Shown piece after piece: positions 25,877 through 32,000 of a DNA stretch of 32,000 bases. The first letter of the stretch is position 1; each line of letters begins with the position of its first letter. Made by a program: the position numbers and the translations under genes. The notes beneath the pieces were generated by a model, which did no database searches, was not told where the DNA came from, and was given only the letters and a program-made list of their open reading frames with translations. This DNA is from Pseudomonas aeruginosa (GTDB lineage Bacteria; Pseudomonadota; Gammaproteobacteria; Pseudomonadales; Pseudomonadaceae): the NCBI RefSeq assembly GCF_001457615.1, contig NZ_LN831024.1:5910001-5942000 (forward strand), given 5' to 3'.

Positions 25877-26008
25877 TTACGGCTGTTGCGTCACCTGGGC
25901 GGGCGTACTGGCCTGTCGTTCCCAGAGGCTCTGGGTATAACCGGTGGTGACGACCCCAAGTCCGAAGATGATGACCAAAACCCACAGCAAGTCTGGCTTG
26001 CGCTTCAT
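25877..26008 (-). CDS. Candidate 43-aa single-pass membrane peptide (not in the ORF track)
   Basis: Manual translation of the minus strand gives MKRKPDLLWVLVIIFGLGVVTTGYTQSLWERQASTPAQVTQQP*, from the ATG (cat at 26006-26008) to the TAA (tta at 25877-25879). A strong SD GGGGGAGG lies 6 nt upstream. The peptide has a basic N-terminus followed by one hydrophobic helix. GC3 is about 76% by my own count, in an otherwise AT-richer intergenic gap. Confidence 0.5.
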   Translation of the reverse strand: MKRKPDLLWVLVIIFGLGVVTTGYTQSLWERQASTPAQVTQQP

Positions 26009-26192
26009 CGATTGCCTCCCCCTTCCAGGCAATTTTCGAGGCCGGTCCTTGCGATTATCTTATCGCCTGAGCACCCTGCCCCGCTGAAAAACGGCATTTT
26101 CCGATAAGCTGAAGTCATACGCAATTACACCGGCGACCGGTGGTCACGCGCAGACGTTTCCTACGTATATCTACGAAAGAGGAGCAAAGTTC

Positions 26193-26651
26193 ATGCCTGC
26201 CTACTGGCTGATGAAATCCGAGCCGGACGAACTCTCGATCCGCGACCTGCAACGCCTCGGAACCGCCCGCTGGGATGGCGTGCGCAACTATCAGGCGCGC
26301 AACTTCATCCGCAGCATGAACTCCGGCGACCTGTTCTTCTTCTACCACTCCAGTTGCCCGCAGCCCGGCATCGCCGGTATCGCCCGCATCGAAGGCGAAG
26401 CCTACCCCGATCCCACGGCCCTGGATCCCGCCAGCCCCTACCACGACCCCAAGGCCAGCGCCGGGAAGAACCCCTGGAGCGCCCGCGACGTCAGCTTCGT
26501 CGAAGCCTTCGCCGAGGTCGTTCCACTGGCCCGGCTGAAGGCCCAGGACGCCCTGGCCAACCTCGCCCTGGTGCAGAAGGGCAGCCGCCTCTCGGTAATG
26601 CCGGTCAGCGCCGAGGAATGGCAGGCGATCCTGCCGCTGGCGAAACGCTGA
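26193..26651 (+). CDS. EVE domain (PUA-like) protein
   Basis: 152 aa, with SD AGAGGAG upstream. The sequence MPAYWLMKSEPDELSIRDLQRLGTARWDGVRNYQARNFIRSMNSGDLFFFYHSS is the typical EVE/THYN1-like N-terminal signature. Confidence 0.85.
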   Translation: MPAYWLMKSEPDELSIRDLQRLGTARWDGVRNYQARNFIRSMNSGDLFFFYHSSCPQPGIAGIARIEGEAYPDPTALDPASPYHDPKASAGKNPWSARDVSFVEAFAEVVPLARLKAQDALANLALVQKGSRLSVMPVSAEEWQAILPLAKR

Positions 26652-26660
26652 AGCCATCGC

Positions 26661-27785
26661 TCAGGCCATCTGCGAGATGGTCCGGCGGAAACGCCAGAGC
26701 GCGCCGAAGAAGAACGCCGAACCGATCACCACGATACCGGCGAACTGCGGCCAGACGATGTCGAAACCGGCGCCGCGGAACAGGATCGCCTGGGCCAGGC
26801 TGACGAAATGCGTGGTCGGCGCCGCCAGCATGATGTTCTGCACCAGTTCCGGCATGCTTTCCCGTGGCGTGGTGCCGCCCGAAAGAATGTTCAGCGGCAG
26901 CAGCACGAGGATGGTCAACAGTCCGAGCTGCGGCATCGAACGCGCCACCGTGCCGAGGAATATGCCCATGGAGGTGGTGGCGAACAGATGCAATCCGGCG
27001 CCGAGCAGGAACAGTCCCACCGAGCCGCTGATCGGCACGTCCAGCCAGCCACGCACCACCCACTGCAACGAGAGCCCCGCCGCCACCAGCACCACCAGCC
27101 CCATCGACCAGACCTTGGCCATCATGATCTCGAAGGCCGACAGCGGCATCACCAGCAGGTGCTCGACGGTGCCGTGCTCGCGCTCGCGGATCAGCGCGGC
27201 GCCGGTGAGGATGATCGACAGCATGGTGATCTGGTTGATCACTTCCATCACCCCACCGAACCAGGCCTGGGTCAGGTTCGGGTTGAATTCCATGCGCACC
27301 TCGATCTGCGCCGGCATGCTCGGCTCCGCGCGGTAGCGGCTGACGAATTCGCGCACCTCGGTGGCGACGATGTTCTGGATGTAGCCCGCGCCAGAGAAGG
27401 CCTGCCCGGTCTGGGTCGCGTCGACGTTGACCTGGATCGAGGGCTTGCGCCCGGCGAGCACGTCGCGCTGGAAGTCCGGCGGGATATCGAGGGTGAAGGT
27501 ATACAGGCCGACGTCCATGCCGCGATCCATCTCGGCATGTCCGATCATTTCCGGCGGCCGGAAGTATGGGGGCTGGAAGGCATTGACGATACGCGACGAG
27601 AGCTGCGAGCGGTCCTCGTCGACCACCGCGATCGGCGCGTGATGCAAGGTTTCCGGAATACCGGTGGCGGAACTGTAGACGCCCAGGGTGAAGGCCCAGA
27701 CGATCAGTGCCAGCATCGCGTAGTCGCGGCCGAGACTGCGGAACTCCTTGATGCCCAGGTTGAAGATGTTGGCCAGGCTGCGCAT
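26661..27785 (-). CDS. ABC-2 type transporter permease (YhhJ-like)
   Basis: 374 aa, with SD AGGAGGA. It has an N-terminal TM segment, a large periplasmic loop and a C-terminal ABC-2 membrane domain. It starts 3 nt after the upstream gene's stop. Confidence 0.85.
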   Translation of the reverse strand: MRSLANIFNLGIKEFRSLGRDYAMLALIVWAFTLGVYSSATGIPETLHHAPIAVVDEDRSQLSSRIVNAFQPPYFRPPEMIGHAEMDRGMDVGLYTFTLDIPPDFQRDVLAGRKPSIQVNVDATQTGQAFSGAGYIQNIVATEVREFVSRYRAEPSMPAQIEVRMEFNPNLTQAWFGGVMEVINQITMLSIILTGAALIREREHGTVEHLLVMPLSAFEIMMAKVWSMGLVVLVAAGLSLQWVVRGWLDVPISGSVGLFLLGAGLHLFATTSMGIFLGTVARSMPQLGLLTILVLLPLNILSGGTTPRESMPELVQNIMLAAPTTHFVSLAQAILFRGAGFDIVWPQFAGIVVIGSAFFFGALWRFRRTISQMA

Positions 27786-27788
27786 CGC

Positions 27789-30539
27789 TCAGTCCTCCTG
27801 CTTCTTCAGGCAGGCCACGCTGAGCAGGGTCAGCACCACGATGGAAGCGGCAAGCGGCAGGTAGTAGGCCCAGAGATCGGACAGGCCCAGCGATTTGGAA
27901 AAGGCGCCGCGGCTGACCACCAGGAAATGCGAGGTCGGATAGAGCTTGCCGATCCAGGCCGCCGCACCCTCCAGCGAGGACACCGGGTGGATCAGCCCGG
28001 AGAACTGGATCGCCGGGATCATGGTGGCGATCGCCACGCCGAATACAGCGGCGATCTGGCTGCGCATGAACGTCGAGAGGAACAGCCCGAGGCCAGTGCT
28101 GGTGACCACATAGAGGAAAGCGCCGATGGTCAACGCCAGGAAGCTCCCCTTGAGCGGCACGCGAAATACCACGATGGCCAGGACCAGCATCAGCAGGAAG
28201 TTGATCATGCCCATGGCGACGTAGGGCAGCTGCTTGCCGACCAGGAACTCCAGGCGCGTCACCGGGGTGACATAGAGGTTGGTGATCGAACCCAGTTCCT
28301 TTTCGCGCACCACGCCGAGGGCGGTGAGCATGGCCGGGATCATGATCAGCAGCAGCGGGATCACCGCCGGCACCATCGCCTTCAGGCTTTCCACGTCGGG
28401 GTTGTAGCGATAGCGCACCTCGGTGCTGGCCGCCGCGCTGGCCTCGGCCCCACCCGCCTGCCGCGAGAGGTCCGCCAGGTAGCTGGTGTGCAGACCCTGC
28501 ACGTAGCCGAGCACGGTGTTGGCACGGGTCGGCATCGCTCCGTCGATCCACACGCCGATGGCCGGATCGGAGCCACGCTTGAGATCGCGCCCGAAGTTCG
28601 GCGGAATCTCCACCGCCAGGCTCAGCTCGCCGCTGCGCAGGCGCCGGTCGAGGTCGTCCGGGTCGGTGATCGGCGCATGTTCGACGAAATAGCGCGAGCC
28701 GGCGATGTTCAGCGCGTAGGCCTGGCTGGTGGTGGTCTGGTCACGGTCGAGGACCGCCCAGGAGAGGTCCTCGACGTCCATGTTGATGCCATAGCCGATG
28801 ATGAACATCAGCAGCGCGGTGCCGAGCAGGGCCAGGGTCAGGCGGATCGGGTCGCGGCGCAGCTCCATGGCTTCGCGGCGCGCATAGCTGAACAGCCGCA
28901 GGGGGCTGAAGCGTTCGCGTTGCGCCTGGCGCTCCTGGCCATCGCCGGGCTGCTCCGCGACGGCCGGCGCCTCGGCCGGTTGCGCTGGCGCGGCGGCACC
29001 CGCGGCTTCCTCCAGGTAAGCGATGAAGGTCGCTTCCAGGGTCGGCAGACCACGCTGGCGCACCAGCTCATCGGGAGTATCGCTGGCCAGTACCTTGCCG
29101 GCATGCATCAGCGAGATGCGATCGCAGCGCTGAGCCTCGTTCATGAAGTGGGTGGAAATGAAGATGGTCACCCCGTCGCGGCGCGACAGCTCGACCATCA
29201 GCTCCCAGAAGCCGTCGCGAGCCACCGGGTCGACCCCCGAAGTGGGCTCGTCGAGGATCAGGATTTCCGGCTTGTGGATCACCGCCACCGCCAGCGACAG
29301 ACGCTGGCGAATGCCCAGCGGCAGGTCGTTGGGCAGCTCGTCGGCCACCTTCTCCAGGTCGAAGCGCCGGAGCATTTCGCCGACCCGTGCCGGGATGCCA
29401 TCCGCCGGCAGGTGGAACAGCCGGGCGTGCAACACCAGGTTCTGCCACACGCTCAGCTCGGCATACAGGGAAAAGGCCTGGGACATGTAGCCGACCCGGC
29501 GACGGGTCGCCATGTCGCTGGCGTCCACCGGCTGGCCGAACAGCGCGCACGTGCCTTCGCTGGCCGGCAGCAGGCCGGTGAGCATCTTCATGGTGGTGGA
29601 CTTGCCGCAGCCGTTGGAGCCGAGAAAGCCGAAGATTTCCCCACGCTCGATACGGAAGCTGACGTGATCGACCGCGACGAAGTCGCCGAAACGACAGGTC
29701 AGGCCCTCGGCCTCGATGGCGATCCGCGGCGCGCCTTCGCTCTGCGGTCGCGGCGGGATCACCAATCGATGGTGGCCGGCGCGCTTGCTTTCCGGCAGCA
29801 GGGCGATGAACGCCGATTCGAGGCTCTGCGTCCCGGTGCGCTCGCGCAGCTCCTGCGGCGTACCGGTGGCCAGGACCTTTCCGTCGTCCATCGCCACCAG
29901 CCAGTCGAAGCGCTCGGCTTCCTCCATGTAGGCGGTGGCGACCAGCACGCTCATGCCTTCGCGGCCCGCGCGGATACGGCCGATCAGCTCCCAGAACTGG
30001 TTGCGCGACAGCGGGTCGACGCCGGTGGTCGGCTCGTCGAGGATCAGCAGGTCGGGATCGTGGATCAGCGCGCAGCACAGCCCGAGCTTCTGCTTCATGC
30101 CGCCGGACAGCTTGCCCGCAGGACGCTCGGCGAACGGCGCCAATCCGGTGCTTTGCAGCAGATCGGCGATGCGCCGCTCGCGCTCGGCCTTGTCGTGGCC
30201 GAACAGCCGACCGAAGAAGTCGACGTTCTCGAACACCGAGAGCGTCGGGTAGAGGTTCTTGCCCAGCCCCTGGGGCATGTAGGCGATGCGCGGGCAGACC
30301 GCCCGGCGGTGGCGGCGGTCGCGCATGTCGCCATCGAGCACGCGGATCTCGCCATCCTGCATCTTCCGTGCGCCGGCCAGCAGCGCCAGCAGGCTGGACT
30401 TGCCGACCCCGTCCGGACCGATCAGGCCGACCATGCGGTTGGCCGGGATCTCCAGGCTGACGTCGTCCACCGCGCGCGTCTCGCCGTAGCGCAGCGAAAC
30501 GCCCCGGAGGCTCGCCACGCCGCTCCCGCCAGCGGTCAT
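27789..30539 (-). CDS. Fused ABC protein with two ATPase domains plus an ABC-2 permease domain (RbbA/YhiH-like)
   Basis: This is the ORF 27789..30572 trimmed to the ATG at 30539 ([13 protein letters not shown]), which overlaps the HlyD-family stop as ATGA. The first nucleotide-binding domain has GPDGVGKSS / LSGGMKQK / [12 protein letters not shown]. The second has GSNGCGKST / LPLGIRQR / [14 protein letters not shown]-terminal polytopic domain follows. Length is 916 aa. Confidence 0.88.
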   Translation of the reverse strand: MTAGGSGVASLRGVSLRYGETRAVDDVSLEIPANRMVGLIGPDGVGKSSLLALLAGARKMQDGEIRVLDGDMRDRRHRRAVCPRIAYMPQGLGKNLYPTLSVFENVDFFGRLFGHDKAERERRIADLLQSTGLAPFAERPAGKLSGGMKQKLGLCCALIHDPDLLILDEPTTGVDPLSRNQFWELIGRIRAGREGMSVLVATAYMEEAERFDWLVAMDDGKVLATGTPQELRERTGTQSLESAFIALLPESKRAGHHRLVIPPRPQSEGAPRIAIEAEGLTCRFGDFVAVDHVSFRIERGEIFGFLGSNGCGKSTTMKMLTGLLPASEGTCALFGQPVDASDMATRRRVGYMSQAFSLYAELSVWQNLVLHARLFHLPADGIPARVGEMLRRFDLEKVADELPNDLPLGIRQRLSLAVAVIHKPEILILDEPTSGVDPVARDGFWELMVELSRRDGVTIFISTHFMNEAQRCDRISLMHAGKVLASDTPDELVRQRGLPTLEATFIAYLEEAAGAAAPAQPAEAPAVAEQPGDGQERQAQRERFSPLRLFSYARREAMELRRDPIRLTLALLGTALLMFIIGYGINMDVEDLSWAVLDRDQTTTSQAYALNIAGSRYFVEHAPITDPDDLDRRLRSGELSLAVEIPPNFGRDLKRGSDPAIGVWIDGAMPTRANTVLGYVQGLHTSYLADLSRQAGGAEASAAASTEVRYRYNPDVESLKAMVPAVIPLLLIMIPAMLTALGVVREKELGSITNLYVTPVTRLEFLVGKQLPYVAMGMINFLLMLVLAIVVFRVPLKGSFLALTIGAFLYVVTSTGLGLFLSTFMRSQIAAVFGVAIATMIPAIQFSGLIHPVSSLEGAAAWIGKLYPTSHFLVVSRGAFSKSLGLSDLWAYYLPLAASIVVLTLLSVACLKKQED

Positions 30540-31609
30540 TGCGGAACCTTGATCTGCAGGTTGGCCGGCCACTCGACCTCAGGGTCCAGTCGCAGGTAGG
30601 CCATTCCGGGCACGCCGGTCTTGACGTAGGTGATGTATTTTTCCAGCAGCGCCGGATCGAGCCGCGCCTTGACCCGGAACATCAGCTTCTCCCGCTCGTT
30701 GGCGGTTTCCACCGTTTTCGGGGTGAACTGGGCGACGCTGGCGACATAGGAAACCTTGGCCGGGATCACGTAGTCCGGCACCGCGTCGATCACCAAGCGC
30801 ACTTCCTGGCCCAGTCCGACCCTACCGGCCTGCATGGATGGCAGGAAGAAAGTCATGTAGACGTCGGCCAGGTCGACCATGTTGAGGAGCTTGCCACCGG
30901 CCGGCAGCACTTCCCCCGGCTGTGCCACGCGGTACTGCACGCGGCCGTTGCGCGGCGCCTTGAGCAGGCTGTCGTCGATATCCGCCTGGAGCCGGGCGAC
31001 GCTGGCCTTGGCCGCCTCGATGGCCGACTGCGCCTCGATTACCTGGGAACGCCCGGCCTCGATCGCCGCCTGCGCCGAAATCACTTGCGAGCGTGCCGCG
31101 GACAACGCCGCCTGGGCGCTCTGCAGGGTCGCCCGATCGTCATCGAGTTGCTGTTGCGGCAGGGCATTGCGCTTGACCAGCGCCTCGGTACGGGTGAAGC
31201 GCTTCTGCGCCGCTGTCAGCTCGGCCTGGCGCTGCGCCACCACGGCCTGGGCAGTGCTCTTCTCGCTCTCGCGCTGGGCCACCAGCGAGGTCGCGGTGAG
31301 CTTGGCGTTCTCCGCCTGGCGCACCTGGGCCTGGGCCTGGGCCAACTGCGCCTCGAGCACCTGGGTATCCATCCGCGCGACGATTTCGCCGGCCTTGACG
31401 AAGTCGCCCTCGTCGACCTTGATCTCGGCGACCCGCCCGGGAAGCTTGGCCGCCACGTCCACCTCGGTGGCCTCGATGCGTCCGTTGCCGCTGGCGAATC
31501 CCTCGCCCAGGCCAGTCGGTCGCGATACCTGCCAGACCAGCACGCCTACGCCGAGCAGCGCCGCCACGATCAAGGCACGGCTCAGCCACCGTTTGCTTTC
31601 CTGTTTCAT
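30536..31609 (-). CDS. HlyD-family membrane fusion protein (YhiI-like)
   Basis: This is the ORF 30536..31684 trimmed to [26 protein letters not shown] (cat at 31607-31609, GAGGAGAAGGG upstream), giving 357 aa. It has an N-terminal TM anchor, a long Ala/Gln coiled coil and beta-barrel regions. Confidence 0.88.
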   Translation of the reverse strand: MKQESKRWLSRALIVAALLGVGVLVWQVSRPTGLGEGFASGNGRIEATEVDVAAKLPGRVAEIKVDEGDFVKAGEIVARMDTQVLEAQLAQAQAQVRQAENAKLTATSLVAQRESEKSTAQAVVAQRQAELTAAQKRFTRTEALVKRNALPQQQLDDDRATLQSAQAALSAARSQVISAQAAIEAGRSQVIEAQSAIEAAKASVARLQADIDDSLLKAPRNGRVQYRVAQPGEVLPAGGKLLNMVDLADVYMTFFLPSMQAGRVGLGQEVRLVIDAVPDYVIPAKVSYVASVAQFTPKTVETANEREKLMFRVKARLDPALLEKYITYVKTGVPGMAYLRLDPEVEWPANLQIKVPQ

Positions 31610-31815
31610 CCCTTCTCCTCGCACGTCCGGCCAGGCCGCGGCGATGGCGCTCACGCTGGAAAGCGCGGCCGCCGCGGACTTCACTGGCTCGATTGTCCCT
31701 CCAGGGCGGCGCGCGGGTGTTGATGCACGTCAGACGCGCCCGACCGAATCTCACAGGAAAGCAGAATCGCCGGTGCCTCGCATCCGGGAGCGCGGGACAG
31801 AACGGATAGTTGACC

Positions 31816-32000
31816 TCAGGGCTGGACGATGAGGTTGTTGAACAGCAGGTCGGTCACCAGCGGCTTGCCCTCTTCCTGCTCGAGGGTCTGCTGGACCTGC
31901 TTCAGCGCCTCCTGGCGCAGGCTTTCCTTGGCCTCGACCGTACCCAGGCTCTGGTCGGTCTGCTGGGCGAACAGCATGATCAACTGGTTGCGGATCAAGG
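31816..32000 (-). CDS. FliL-like protein, C-terminal 60 codons only (gene runs off the window end)
   Basis: The C-terminus ..KESLRQEALKQVQQTLEQEEGKPLVTDLLFNNLIVQP* resembles FliL C-termini (..V.DVLFTSF.IQ, from memory). Only a fragment is visible. Confidence 0.5.
   Translation of the reverse strand, partial: LIRNQLIMLFAQQTDQSLGTVEAKESLRQEALKQVQQTLEQEEGKPLVTDLLFNNLIVQP

Noticed and set aside
25827-25949. Strong SD-like GGAAGGAGGGAG right after the cyclo-ligase stop, with a 30-codon ORF starting at ATG 25857. The 125-aa ORF 25730-26107 also lies here.
   Set aside because: The ATG is about 20 nt from the SD-like run, which is too far. The peptides are non-descript. The 125-aa ORF overlaps the cyclo-ligase 3' end and lies antisense to the better-supported 43-aa ORF.

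Overview
This is a high-GC (about two-thirds G+C) gamma-proteobacterial chromosomal segment. Gene order and translated proteins match what I remember of the Pseudomonas aeruginosa core genome from argA to a fliL-like gene (roughly PAO1 PA5204-PA5233). That identification is from memory, not a database search.

I can support about 30 protein genes plus one ncRNA. In window order they are:
- argA (5' end only), a marC-family gene and argE
- a Pit phosphate transporter with its DUF47/PhoU-like partner
- divergent from those, a CYTH-CHAD (YgiF-like) gene followed by an orphan GspE/PilB-family ATPase
- a NfeD-like gene and a DUF2388-like secreted protein
- gcvT-gcvH-gcvP
- a Fe3+ ABC binding protein plus permease, with no ATPase gene
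- a LysR regulator divergent from an MFS transporter and a heme-oxygenase-like (possible diiron) hypothetical
- ygfB-pepP-ubiH-(hotdog/DUF4442-like)-ubiI
- a ZapB-like coiled-coil gene overlapping zapA, then ssrS (6S RNA), 5-formyl-THF cyclo-ligase and an EVE-domain gene
- a yhiI-rbbA-yhhJ-like HlyD/ABC operon
- the 3' end of a fliL-like gene

I saw no tRNA, rRNA, CRISPR array, IS or integrase, and no obvious compositional island. The window looks like core genome, not an accessory island. The many long ORFs antisense to these genes are high-GC shadow ORFs.

The candidates most worth a second look are:
- the CYTH-CHAD / orphan secretion-ATPase pair next to Pit-DUF47
- the LysR-MFS-heme-oxygenase-like cassette
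- a 43-codon membrane-peptide ORF missing from the ORF track, between the cyclo-ligase and EVE genes
- a perfect 10-bp hairpin that buries the marC-family Shine-Dalgarno (SD) sequence
- an intrinsic-terminator-like element between gcvH and gcvP

None of these is proven, and I cannot claim that a clearly novel system is present.
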